Notes: generated by a model not told the origin, from the sequence alone. A stretch of 64,000 nt of DNA from Macrostomum lignano (GCA_002269645.1 NIVC01001192.1:1-64000); one strand, 5' to 3'. Shown: positions 25,101-43,902, counted from the stretch's first letter. Program-made: numbers and translations.

Positions 25101-28100
25101 GGAGAAACTCTTTTTTGGTTTAAACAGATGTCTCATTGTTGTACAAAAAAGTTCTGAGTTTTTTGAGGGACTTGCACGTTCTGTTAACACTGCAAACTAG
25201 TCACTCAGCTACGAAACTGTAAATGGGAGGGCAAAGGATGACTATTGATGACGAAATTTTGTTATCCGCATCGTTGCCACGCACAGACGAAACCAATCGA
25301 GCCAATCTGGAGTTGATCGAGCGCAGCTGTTTCATCGTCTGCCTTGACAAGGACTCGAACCAGCAGGAGCAGCAGGCAGAGGCGGCGGCGGTGGGGGATG
25401 CGGTGTCGAACGATGTGCGAAGGTCGCTGCAGCTGCTGCACGGCATGGGCAGTCGGCACAACGGGGCCAACAGGTGGTACGACAAGACCATGCAGGTAAG
25501 AAGCATGACAAGGATGGCTGGTCATTAGGGATGTTCGTCTCTGTCATTAGTTGGTCATTAGGATGGTTGGTCATTAGGATGGTTGGTCATTAGGATGGTT
25601 GTTCATTAGAATGGTTGGTCATTAGGATGGTTGGTCATTAGAATGGTTGTTCATTAGGATTGGTTGGTCATTAGGATGGTTGGTCATTAGGGTTGCTCGT
25701 CTCTGTCATTAGTTAGTCATTAGGATGGTTGGTCATTAGGATGGTCGGTCATTAGGATGCTTTGCTAGTCATTAGGATATTGTGGCATGGTGTGGAAAGA
25801 CGGTTGTTGAAAGGACATTGATAATTAGATTGTTGGCTTAGATTTGACTTGTAGATCCACTAATAAAAAGTTGGGCTACACACGCAGTTAATATGCCTGC
25901 ATCACCAACATTTATAGCTAGCTTATTTTTTCTAGAAGTTCCTGAGGCCAATAATTAAAGATTCAGTTGAAAATAAGTATCATTGTCGGATTACCGCAGA
26001 TATCTCCCCTTCTTGAGTCGTACCTTTCCTTCATGCTGCAATTACAGGTGAGCCTCGCCGGTTGTTTAGCCGACTCTGCAATTAGTAAACCTGCTCAGAA
26101 GCCGCCCCTGTAGGCCTGAATTTCACCGGAGCACGCAATGCGGGCTAATAGACTACTGTCTCTCTTGTGCTCCGTCTTTTCAAGTTTTCTTTTGCCGCAC
26201 GAACTGTGGCTAACCCCCCCCCCCCCCCCAACCTAAGTGAGCTCGACTCTAACTCACTTCACCCAGTGCTGCTGCCCGCTGTCTGCTTCTCTGTCAGACA
26301 ATTTCTCTTCTATTCCGTGAGCAGTCACAATTGGAACCTGATTTGGGCAAAACAGTCAGTCTGACTTTTCAGAGGAAGTTATTTTTTAATTTGAGCTGAG
26401 CTGTAACGCACGCCATCCTTGAGAAGTTGAGGATGTCTGATTTACTTTTGAACTGCCTCAGTTCGCTTTGAGACTGAAGGAACCTGCTGGGACGCTACAA
26501 TGACACCTCTACGTGTTTCGCTTGTCGGGGGATTTGACAAGGACTTAGGAGGTCACATACGGGCATCTTTACAACTGAGATATTGCAGTAGTTTCTGGTG
26601 CAGGTGTACTCCAGCTGTGGGAGTGGGTTTCTTAATTTCGACTCAATTCCTCCTCGCGAGGGTTTTTGACTATCGCTATTGAATACGACAGCACCCAGAG
26701 CCGCTGGAAAAACTAGTAAACTATTGCACACTTGTTATAATTTCGTCCTTCTCCGCAGTTCGTGATATCGGCCGATGGTAACTCGGGTCTCAACTATGAG
26801 CACTCGGTCAGCGAGGGCATCGCTGTGATTAAACTGATTGAGCACATCTTAGCTTACATGTGAGCAAATTATTTTGCAATTTTTAAAGTTGATATTGACA
26901 AATTTAGAAACCAAATTCCAGTATTAGTTTGTGTATGAATTACGAAAATCAACTTAGCGTTTCCAGAAGTTTTCTTCTGGCACCCTAAAACAAACAGTCG
27001 TTCACCCCTGCAACACCACTTTAGGGAGGAAATGAAAGCGAAACGCATGCGCCGTTTTCCCTCAATCTGCGAACTGCCGCATCCCCAGAAGTTGGAGTGG
27101 CACGTAGACGAGGAGACTGAGGCTTTCATTGAGCAGGGACTGCTCGAGATTGACAGGTAAAGTAATCCTGGGACCTGACAGTTGGATGTCATCTACACAC
27201 AACAGGCTTCAACTGCTCTACTTGTAGTAAAACAACTGCACTTGGTTACATAATTAAATACCTGCGAACACTGCAGGCTGGCAGACAATCTGGACCTGTA
27301 CATTTTGCGCTTCGAAAAGTTTGGACGCGAGTACCCTAAGAAGGCCAACATGAGTCCGGACTCCTTTGTCCAACTGGCTCTACAACTGGCCCATTACAAG
27401 TGAGAGACATTCATTTACGAGCGTACGTTCGTAACATAGAAAAAGTAAAAAATCTAAAAAGCAGGCACATGAAATATTTATGAGATGAGAATCGACCAAA
27501 ACTCCTACAGAGTGCACAAGTACCTGGTGCCGACGTACGAAAGCGCATCGATTCGTCGCTTCCATCTGGGTCGCGTTGACGTGATCCACTCGGCTTCGAT
27601 GGCCGCCCTGCACTGGGTCCGAGCGATGGAGGGTGACTCCGAGGCTACGGTGAGTTGCTAGCTGTCTCCACGCCTTCATTGATTTAAGGATGTTTACTTA
27701 AAATATGAATTTTAGGCGCATCTCGATTCTCTTTAGTTAAGGATGGAAAAAGAGTTAGGTCTAATTGACACTGCGTGTAGGAGGGGAGTTTATCCCTATA
27801 AGAAGATTTATTGCTCCATTGCTGTTACATGTTGAGCAACAGCCTAGTCTTCAGCAATGTGTCAAATTTTGGCATGGTTTTCTCAAGGACCGCTGTTATA
27901 TTAACTGTACAGTTATATGCAGTGGTTCTTGGGTTTGTGCGTGCGTGTTTAGCATAAAACGAACTAATAAAGACACATGGTCTACAATCTTGTAAATCAT
28001 TTAAGGTGTAGCTATAGGTACCTATACGAGACAGGAGTCAGAACAAGAAAGATGCGGTTTTTCACTTTTTTTCAAGGTTTAGTCGAGATGCACACTTGAG

Positions 28101-29155
28101 ACCCTCTAAGAACTCCCAATATCGTTTAAAGCTATTTTCAATCGACACTTTATGGGAATTCCAAAATTTCTTACAGGTTAAAAGCTGAATTTCTGCAGCT
28201 TTGAAGCAACTCTTCCTTAAATATACAAAAAACCTAAGCGCGCTCTCATTCCCACTGCAGACGGAGCAGAAACTGCGACTGCTACGCGAAGCAATCGAAA
28301 GTCAGACTGAGCACATGCTGAAGACCATCCTGGGCCACGGAATGGACAATCACATGCTGGGCTTGCGCATCACGGCCGAGACGGTGCTAGGCCAACTGCC
28401 TGACCTGTTCACCGACCCAGTTTATGTGGAGTGCAACCAGTTCAGGCTGTCAACGAGTCAAGTGAGTTTATTCAAATGTACAAGCTTATAGGCCGGCTCC
28501 TGTCATTACGGACTTCATCAGACACTTTGTAAGGCGAAATTTCCTTGCCCGCTATGCAAGGAATTCGCGCTGCACTCAACAATTCCTACTTGTTAGTAGA
28601 CTAACTCTGACAAGCATTTTTAGTAGTGAGGACCGTATTATACTGTGAATAGAACCGCCTTTTTTGTGCATCAATACATTTACATCAGAGACAACCTGAT
28701 GGCTTTATTTGTTAGTGATGCACATGCTACGTACTGCTTTTCTCGACTTGTGGGATAATTTGGAATTGTCTCAGCGTGCATGGCTGAGCCGGCTGTTACG
28801 GTTGGTTGTATTTCTTGCTAACCACGCGTACATTATGACTGTCAAGGTTTCGACAACCACGGACGCGCTAATCTGCTACGGCGCGGTGGTGCCAAACGGA
28901 TACGGAGCGGCCTACAACCTGCACACCGACAGCATCGCTGTCTGCGTCTCCTGCTGGCACGACTGCCCCAACAAGGACGTGTCAGCGAGACGCTACGCTG
29001 AGGCTCTGGCGGCTAGCTTGGAGGACATGCACGCCATGATTGAGGCCAATCTGGACTTGGCCAGAGCCAATTCTGTAGCCACGGATGTGAGAATACCGGA
29101 GGAATCGCCGGACTTGGGAGCTGCCTGCAGCGTGAACGGCGAGGCTCTGGGATAG
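10163..29155 (+). CDS. ChAT: Choline acetyltransferase, 13 coding exons, 679 aa
   Basis: Exons 10163-10243, 12130-12324, 13087-13205, 17529-17582, 18530-18710, 23494-23689, 25287-25495, 26759-26859, 27025-27156, 27277-27399, 27511-27649, 28261-28461, 28847-29155. All introns GT-AG, phases consistent, 2040 nt total. Motifs [32 protein letters not shown], catalytic [45 protein letters not shown]. Confidence 0.95.
10928..11869 (+). mobile_element. Internally deleted Ty3/Gypsy (Mag-like) LTR retrotransposon: 201-bp 5' LTR, PBS, gag, 32-bp 3' LTR remnant, CCTG target-site duplication
   Basis: LTR 10928-11128 with inverted termini TGTGGCG...CGCCACA; PBS-like TGGTGAGCCCGAC at 11130; 11838-11869 is identical to the last 32 bp of the LTR; CCTG at 10924-10927 and 11870-11873. 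Confidence 0.92.
11176..11844 (+). CDS. gag: Retrotransposon Gag (Mag-type), 222 aa
   Basis: [44 protein letters not shown]; shortened knuckle [16 protein letters not shown]. Confidence 0.88.
   Translation: MSTESAVALKLPTFWASQPRAWFIQAEAQFVLRKITQDATKYFHLVAALDQQSAERLLDVLETPPAENKYDALKARLLGTFGLTQQQRASRLLNLAGLGDRRPSELMDEMLALLGNHRPCMLFEELFRQQMPADIRMALVSADFADPRAVARLADELWASRAQPVATATLPPEHPPVVAATARPARAKPQQHQPREADGLICFFHRRCEPPCQFSGNVTENK
12570..13030. repeat. GA-rich low-complexity tract with MITE-like pieces
   Basis: Purine-rich GAGAG runs flanked by CAGGGGTCTC.../CATGGCTGC(G/A)GGCC segments. Confidence 0.5.
14703..15390 (+). mobile_element. Non-autonomous Tc1/IS630-mariner derivative with ~95-bp inverted repeats (copy A)
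   Basis: 14731-14828 is the near reverse complement of ~15296-15390. The interior encodes a decayed HTH ([41 protein letters not shown]). Confidence 0.7.
16330..17030. repeat. Compound microsatellite (GTCT)n/(GTCTTAGT)n
   Basis: Directly visible. Confidence 0.95.
17712..18500. repeat. 16-bp minisatellite (CTTCAGTCACTCCCRT) ending just before ChAT exon 18530
   Basis: Directly visible; explains ORF 17620-18654. Confidence 0.95.
18912..19152. repeat. (CAG/CAA/TAA) triplet repeat, left part
   Basis: Directly visible; related tracts at 20183-20365 and 20970-21060. Confidence 0.95.
19153..20182 (+). mobile_element. 5'-truncated LINE (I/Ingi-like) 3' fragment with RNase H and zinc finger
   Basis: [58 protein letters not shown]; short (CA)n tail; candidate TSD CACAACAGCAGCA at 19140-19152 and 20183-20195. 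Confidence 0.88.
20399..21046 (+). mobile_element. Orphan Ty3/Gypsy gag ORF fragment without LTRs or pol, reading into a triplet repeat
   Basis: [38 protein letters not shown] and TMLISGL match retrotransposon capsid motifs; triplet repeats on both sides. Confidence 0.8.
21723..21916. mobile_element. Small MITE (PIF/Harbinger-like termini)
   Basis: CCGTATGCAGAAAGCT at the left end and its reverse complement AGCTTTCTGCATACGG at the right end. Confidence 0.65.
21963..22835 (+). mobile_element. Second copy (B) of the Tc1-derived element, right end expanded into a 21-bp tandem array
   Basis: Colinear with 14703-15320; about 13 copies of TTGGACCAAATTGATGCTTGT at ~22553-22833. Confidence 0.85.
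22850..23125 (+). mobile_element. Tc1/IS630-like transposase N-terminal HTH fragment
   Basis: [53 protein letters not shown]. Confidence 0.7.
23975..24380. repeat. C-rich tandem repeat with recurring GGGTAGGGGTTRTCAAATGTG core
   Basis: Five cores, with alternating unit types. Confidence 0.85.
24582..24646 (-). mobile_element. tRNA-derived SINE head or tRNA pseudogene
   Basis: Minus strand has box A TGGCTTAGTGG and box B GGTTCGAATCC, but no canonical anticodon loop. Confidence 0.5.
25525..25780. repeat. 16-bp minisatellite (GGATGGTTGGTCATTA)
   Basis: Directly visible, just after a ChAT donor site. Confidence 0.9.
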
Positions 29156-29814
29156 TGTATTGTGCTGGTGTTATCTACTTTTATTCAGGCTTTAATGTAT
29201 TAGTATATAATGTAATACGGAGTGTTTAACAGTCGAAAGATTATATAACATGCTCTGCAACTATACAGACAAAACAGTGTATATACTCAGCAACAGTCGA
29301 CCCTCCAAGCGGGATGAAAATTTTCCCACTTATTGCGACAACTTCTCAATCACAATTCAACCCTCAAGTTCGCGACTAAGCCGCCCGGGAAAGTTGATTG
29401 AATTAATAATAAACGTCAGTCGCACAAAAAATCTTTTTATGCAATTGGGATTTGGGAATTGGCAATTGGGATTGCAATTGGGATTAAAAATTGGGATTTT
29501 TATGCAATATACAGTTAGAATCACAGGGGTCGTACTATAAAGCTGTCGTAGCGTAAGTTCGATCGTACGTCGGAACTTTTACACTGCGGAGATAGGAGCT
29601 AAGATCGATCTTATCTTACGATGGCTTTATAGAATGGGCCCACAATGCTTAATAACGCGTGTGGATAAACTTGCACACAGAAGTGCGGCGACTCTGCGGG
29701 GAATCTCCAGGCTGAGGCGGCGCAGAAAGACCTGCAGAAGCTTGACTTAGCTGCAGGGGGCTCCGCGCGTCCGGAAACAGCGAGGGCTCCGCGCGTCCGG
29801 AAACCATTTCGCTA

Positions 29815-30130
29815 ACCCCTGGCGAACCTGCAGAAGCTGCTGCCAAGCGTTTTCAATGGCATGACACAGCTCCGCAACATTCTGTGGTGGATTCTCTTTT
29901 CGAATGCTGCGTTTTAGGAAGTCCCAGACATGCTCGATGGGATTCATGTCTGGGGACCGGGAAGCGGCCAGCGCAGAGTGCAGAATTGTATAGTTTTTTT
30001 TCAGTTGACTAACACCATCGGCTCGGTGTGGCGGCGCGTTGTCATCATAGACAAACCCCAAGTGGGAATAAACTTCGCGCGCGCCGTAAGTTGCGTCACT
30101 CGCAAACCCAATAAGTGAGAAAACAATCAT
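29815..30130 (-). mobile_element. Tc1-family transposase remnant (DDE C-terminal part)
   Basis: DDNAPPHRA ... SPDMNPIEHVWDFLKRSI in ORF 29747-30130. Confidence 0.85.
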
Positions 30131-32319
30131 CTCGCTTGGAGGGTGGAACTTTTGACTGTTGCTGAGTATACTTTAATTCAGAAGATTTTGTACTAAAACA
30201 CCTTGTCAGTTGCAGAATTTATTTAACATTGCTAGCTGCCGAATGGAAGCTATTACTAGAGGCCGTGTGTCTTGAATTCTTGAAAGTATATTCTTTCGAC
30301 AGCTAAACGATTTTCTTGTATTATCGGACACTGATACTTAATCAGCCGAAAAAGTGTGATGCGATCAATAGCGACAAACTTATGCAAGCAGAACACTTTG
30401 TAGTTAGGAAAGCAGCTTGCTGCACACTCGCAAACTGAATATGAATACATATGAATAACTCTTATCTTTCTCACCATAAACCAACCGTAACGGCTCGTTA
30501 ACATCGCCATCAAAAGAAGCTGAATTTAAAGTCAGCACACGGCTTGTGCATGCGAGCATTTTCCGTACATCTGTGGTTGTGATTTGATGGCAGTGTAAAC
30601 AGCTTTTAGGGTTGTCATTTACACACACATTCGGCGCACAATTTGATTACCAAGCCAATCGGACGCCGCTGGAATTCTAGCATAGCAGACAATTTTTTGT
30701 AAAGTTTTCATCATTAACCATAGGCCAGTAATTATGCAGCAACAGTAGCAGGCTTTTTACTCGTAGTAACGTTTTAAATGTTAAATAATTCAGTGATATC
30801 GTTGTCTTTGCGCCGTCAATTTTTAGACAGAAGCGAAACGTTATTTATTGTTTGTTTGATACCGCACGTTCAATCATGATTTGTATTGATTAGCTACTAA
30901 CAATTTCAGTCGCATAGACTTACTGTTAATTTGTTAATCAGTCTATCATTTACTTGCTCAGTTTTTACTGTGGAAATTGAAGTGCATTCTCACACTGCAC
31001 ACAAGCTGCACGGAATTATTATTCTTGTTCAGCATTATTTTGACCGGCTTATTGAATAATTATTTGAATGTTTCTAATAATTGATTTTTATAGCTATCGA
31101 TTTTCAAACCAAAATTAAATTAATTGCTTGCTTTAGTAGCTAAGTGGTATATGTACTTTGACTGTTGTTAGCACAGACTTCACAGTGCAAGATTTGATCG
31201 AAATCTTTTTGTTAGGCTTCACCCTATAGCTATGCGCAAAAATGCAGTATTTTTCCGAGATCAGTCACAAATATGTTGTGAAAGGTGCAGTCGAAAATAT
31301 CTAATAGAAATATTAGATTTTTTTAAATATTCAACTCACTTCCGTGATTTAAACATTCTGTTTATTTATTTATTTATTTGACATTACTCGTAAAAGCTAA
31401 TAAGATATGAACGGCAAGATAGTCACATTGGAAATCAATTTCAACTCCCTTCTTAAATTGATGAAAAACCGATCGGTAAAATAGCTTAATATACGAGCGT
31501 ATTATAGGAACCCAGAATTTGAGAGACCAAATTGAAAATAAGAGGTAAAGTTAAGATGCTTTCGATAAAAACTAAGAATAGAGAAAAAACTCGATTTTGT
31601 TGTTGCTGGTGTTGATGATAGTCAAATAGCTCGTATTATTCAGAGATTCGAAGTTTTTTGGCTGCTTATAACTATTTGGAGATACACTGTAAGCAAATTA
31701 CAGAAACTGTTAGTTACACACACTGAATCAATGCTACATATATCGCGTACATTGTACAGTTTTTTGAAAATCTATGTTATGGTAATACGGCAGAATAGCG
31801 AGGTAAGGCCAATGGTATAAGGGATTTGGAATAGGTAAAACCGTTATCGGTAGTCTTTACCAATAAGCATGAGCTTAACTGTAGTATTGCCTAAGTTGTA
31901 ATTTAATCTTGCATAATAGCAACAAGGAACAGCAGGGAACCTGGTGGCAGCGAACATCCAAAAATTCAAAGAACTGTATAATAATCCAGAGTTTAAATAT
32001 TGTAGCATAAACAGTAGTAGCCTAGACCGGTCACCCACCCCATTATTATTTAGTAACTAGCTATAGAGAACTTTAAGACCAAAATGCGGTACTGCAACGA
32101 GCACATTGACTTAAACCTAACTTAACTTAACTTAAACCTGACTTAAACTACGAATTTACACGTATGCTAATCTTGACGTGTTTAAAATGTTACATCACAT
32201 GCGCTTTAACTCTAAAAAAGATTTCTGGTCAAGCATTTCAGAAGCATAGAAGTCCTTTTATTTACGAGTAGCTATTGAAAGAAAAACTATGCAGACCAAG
32301 TAAAACATCTAGGGCTGCT

Positions 32320-33706
32320 TTAGTCTTGAGGCTTCAGCAACAGAGGTCTATGCAACGTGTCCATGCAACCAGTTGGCGTCTGTCGCACGTCCATTTCTTT
32401 ACCTTGCTCATCATAATAAGGCTCTCGCCTGCTAGTTAGATTGTGAATGACAGTGCGCTTCAGTGTCATAAATTCTGTCGAATGATCAGATTTCTGCAGT
32501 ACCTTGCAGAACTCCTGGATAAACCAGGTACCAGACTGTGGATCCCTAATCGACCGAAAGCCGGGAAAGGTGGAGTGCAACACGTATATATCCTCGGTGT
32601 CTATTGAAGTCTTGTCGTCATCTGGGCCGTCGTAGGCCAAATTTCTAGGCTGTGGCGCTTTCAGTATGGCCTCGCCGCGGCAGAACTGCAGAAGGAACAA
32701 TTTCGGTTTATCCTGGAGGCATCCGTTCAAAAATCTCATGACAATATCTTGAATGTAATGGAGCTTATTCCCATCACTCAACAAGCACTTCTTGCCTTTG
32801 CCGTGAGACATCATTATAAACAAAAATAGATCGCATCCGTCGTTCTTTATGGTAGTCTGTAAATCTTGTACAAATTTATCATACTCTCTCAGACCTGGGT
32901 CATGTAATTCCATAATTTTGTAGCCAAGCTTTTTGCCAAACAATTCTTTAATTGTTTCAACGTCCTTCGATGAGCCCATCCTAGGATTACAACCTGGAAC
33001 GTGCATTACGTTGATCAGGGCGCATAAACGTCGTTTGTTTGGATATGGCCGACTAGAAGTATGTGGATCGTCTCTAGAATCTCCAGAAGCCCAACTGACT
33101 GAGTAATTCGAACGAAAGATAGGCTTGGAAGCAATAAACTCTTCGATTAGCTGTCGGGCATTTGAAGAAGCTGAGAAAAACGGTTCCAACGTTTCGGATA
33201 GGTCAAGCGATTATTCAGTAACTATGCTGTGCTCAACCAGCTCCGTCAAGAAGTCGAGAACGTCAGAGAAGTCGAAGTTATTTTAACTGTTGATGCCATA
33301 GTAGTCTAAGCCTGCTCGCAACTGCGATGTCCTCCGTTCGAAACTGCGATGCCAGTCGGTGAAGCAAGCAGCGCAGGGGGGAGAGTGCGAAACGATCATC
33401 AAACTGGGCATCGGTGTTACACCTAGCCAGAGCATTGGCAAGAAATTCACAATTGCAAACCCGTAAAGCGGCTATCAATGCATTTGACCAATTGTTAACC
33501 TCGCCATTGCGCTCTGGAGGGAACCAGTCGCGTAAGCGCTCAACCAGCAGGTCCGAGCTCGTCACTTCCGAATAGAGACGCACACTGATGGCATTTTGGG
33601 GGGCTAGTAGGAACAGCAGGTCCTTCAGCGGGGCACCTAAGCTGCCGAGCAGTGTGCGCGCAAAAGTAACCAGCGAACTATCGCCTACAGGTACGGAGTC
33701 TGACAA
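32320..33706 (-). pseudogene. Caspase-8-like gene (death-fold prodomain plus caspase domain), disrupted by a frameshift and two in-frame stops
   Basis: The catalytic ORF 33189-32320 has SHG, KPKLFLLQFCRG and SGTWFIQEFC. Upstream in the same frame is a DED-like FDFSDVLDFLTELVEHSIVTE with TAA at 33285-33283 and 33213-33211. The frame shifts near 33320-33335 to ORF 33706-33278. AATAAA (minus) at 32262-32257. Confidence 0.75.
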
Positions 33707-33801
33707 CTGCTGGAAAAAGTGTGAAAAGAGTTCGGAAACAATAGGGCGAATTATAAAAGATTTGAAAAGACCAAGTTGATGGTAACTGAATTGGTATCAA
33801 C

Positions 33802-34450
33802 GGAAGCTAGATAGTAACTGAAGGTGCGGGAACAGCGGAAGCTAGATAGTAACTGAAGCTGCGGGAACAACGGAAGCTAGATAGTAACTGAAGGTGCGGG
33901 AACAGCGGAAGCTAGATAGTAACTGAAGGTGCGGGAACAATGGAAGCTAGATAGTAACTGAAGGTGCGGGAACAGCGGAAGCTAGAAAGTAACTGAAGGT
34001 GCGGGAACAACGGAAGCTAGATAGTAACTGAAGGTGCGGGAACAGCGGAAGCTAGATAGTAACTGAAGCTGCGGGAACAACGGAAGCTAGATAGTAACTG
34101 AAGGTGCGGGAACAGCGGAAGCTAGATAGTAACTGAAGGTGCGGGAACAACGGAAGCTAGATAGTAACTGAAGGTGCGGGAACAACGGAAGCTAGATAGT
34201 AACTGAAGGTGCGGGAACAACGGAAGCTAGATAGTAACTGAAGGTGCGGGAACAGCGGAAGCTAGATAGTAACTGAAGCTGCAGGAACAGCGGAAGCTAG
34301 ATAGTAACTGAAGCTGCAGGAACAGCGGAAGCTAGATAGTAACTGAAGCTGCAGGAACAGCGGAAGCTAGATAGTAACTGAAGCTGCAGGAACAGCGGAA
34401 GCTAGATAGTAACTGAAGCTGCAGGAACAGCGGAAGCTAGATAGTAACTT
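33802..34450. repeat. 35-bp tandem array (GGAAGCTAGATAGTAACTGAAGGTGCGGGAACAGC), about 18-19 copies
   Basis: Period measured from successive GGAAGCTAG starts (33802, 33837). Confidence 0.95.
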
Positions 34451-34914
34451 AAAATAAAAAAACTCGTTCAACTCGATTCAATGTCACCAAATGAATTTTA
34501 GTAGAAAAATGAGTTAGACACATGAAGGATGTATATTATGTACTGAAACAGCAACAGGCAAAGGTTAATAAATAAAACTATATAATCGTATTATAGACAG
34601 AATGACGCCACAAAAATTGCAACAATAACTAAATGCTCTCTCATACACACGTAAGTCTAACATTTCCAGTTTTTATACTAAACAAGCTGTTAGATACAGA
34701 CTTTAACAATTAATTAAGGAGCATAGCTGTGGAACATGGTAACAGACATACTGGCATTTTAATACACTTAGCTATAGTATGCCACAAGACAACGAAAACT
34801 ATAGTATTTACATACATAGTGTCTTACTAGATTATTAATTAATACAAATATTAACTTTTTGCACTCGTTCATTGAGTGAGACAAACATTGACTCATTTAA
34901 GGACACAAAATGTG

Positions 34915-35385
34915 TCTATCCTGTGACACAAACATTAGCCTATCCAGTGACACAAACATTAGCCCATCCAGTGACACAAACATTAGCCCATCCAGTGACA
35001 CAAACATTAGCCCATCCTGTGACACAAACATTAGCCCATCCAGTGACACAAACATTAGCCCATCCTGTGACACAAACATTAGCCCATCCAGTGACACAAA
35101 CATTAGCCCATCCAGTGACACAAACATTAGCCCATCCTGTGACACAAACATTAGCCCATCCAGTTACACAAACATTAGCCCATCCTGTGACACAAACATT
35201 AGCCCATCCAGTGACACAAACCTTAGCCCATCCAGTTACACAAACATTAGCCCATCCAGTGACACAAACATTAGCCCATCCAGTGACACAAACATTAGCC
35301 CATCCTGTGACACAAACATTAGCCCATCCTGTGACACAAACATTAGCCCATCCAGTGACACAAACATTAGCCCATCCAGTGACAA
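34915..35385. repeat. 24-bp tandem array (GTGACACAAACATTAGCCCATCCA), about 19-20 copies
   Basis: Directly visible; explains the 8-aa repeat ORFs. Confidence 0.95.
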
Positions 35386-35527
35386 AAGCATGTGTCACTG
35401 GATGTGCCAATTCAGTGACACAAGCATTTGCTCATCTAGTAACGTTTAACGAGAAACTTAAGATCTAATCCCCTTAAGAGAAATATTTTATGCTAAAAGG
35501 CAGATTACAACCAAACAGTAAGAGAAT

Positions 35528-42081
<6,554 letters not shown>

Positions 42082-42239
42082 TGCTTGCTATCTGCTTCTA
42101 GTGGCAAATACTGCTGCTGCTGCTGCAAAAAGAATATGCGCAATGGTATATCTCTCTAAGGGAAACAGAAACACTTAAAGATGAATGAATTGATTAACAC
42201 AGAATCCACTTTAGATTGATTGATGATGTGAAGTTAAAA

Positions 42240-42514
42240 ACACAAACAGACAGGCAGACACAGACAGACAGACAGACAGGCAGACAGACAGACAGACAAA
42301 ACACAGACGGACAGACAGACACAGACAGACGGACAGACAGACACAGACGTCAGACAGACAAAACACAGACGGACAGACAGACCCAGACAGACAAAACACA
42401 GACGGACAGACAGACCCAGACAGACAAAACACAGACGGACAGACAGACACAGACAGACAAAACACAGACGGACAGACAGACACAGACAGACAAAACACAG
42501 ACGGACAGACAGAC

Positions 42515-42553
<39 letters not shown>

Positions 42554-42678
42554 CAGACGAACTGACAGACAGACAGACAGACAGACACAGACGGACAGAC
42601 AGACAGACAGACACAGACAGACAAAACACAGACGGACAGACAGACCCAGACAGACAAAACACAGACGGACAGACAGAC

Positions 42679-42713
<35 letters not shown>

Positions 42714-43389
42714 CAGACGAACTGACAGACAGACAGACAGACAGACACAGACGGACAGACAGACAGACAGACACAGACAGACAAAACACAGACGGACAGA
42801 CAGACCCAGACAGACAAAACACAGACGGACAGAAAGACACAGACAGACAAAACACAGACGGACAGACAGACCCAGACAGACAAAACACAGACGGACAGAA
42901 AGACACAGACAGACAAAACACAGACGGACAGACAGACAGACAGACACAGACAAAACACAGACGGACAGACAGACAGACAGACACAGACAAAACACAGACA
43001 GACAGACAGACAGACAGACACAGACAAAACACAGACGGACAGACAGACAGACAGACACAGACAGACAAAACACAGACGGACAGACAGACAGACAGACACA
43101 GACAGACAAAACACAGACGGACAGACAGACAGACAGACACAGACAGACAAAACACAGACGGACAGACAGACCCAGACAGACAAAACACAGACGGACAGAA
43201 AGACACAGACAGACAAAACACAGACGGACAGAAAGACACAGACAGACAAAACACAGACGGACAGACAGACAGACAGACACAGACAAAACACAGACGGACA
43301 GACAGACAGACAGACACAGACAAAACACAGACGGACAGACAGACAGACAGACACAGACAGACAAAACACAGACGGACAGACAGACAGAC

Positions 43390-43428
<39 letters not shown>

Positions 43429-43461
43429 CAGACGAACTGACAGACAGACAGACAGACAGAC

Positions 43462-43512
<51 letters not shown>

Positions 43513-43715
43513 CAGACGAACTGACAGACAGACAGACAGACAGACACAGACGGACAGACAGACAGACAGACACAGACAGACAAAACACAGACGGACAGAC
43601 AGACCCAGACAGACAAAACACAGACGGACAGAAAGACACAGACAGACAAAACACAGACGGACAGACAGACCCAGACAGGCAAAACACAGACGGACAGAAA
43701 GACAGACAGACAAAA

Positions 43716-43747
<32 letters not shown>

Positions 43748-43857
43748 CAGACAAAACACAGACGGACAGACAGACAGACAGACACAGACAAAACACAGAC
43801 GGACAGACAGACAGACAGACACAGACAGACAAAACACAGACGGACAGACAGACAGAC

Positions 43858-43892
<35 letters not shown>

Positions 43893-43902
43893 CAGACGAA
43901 CT

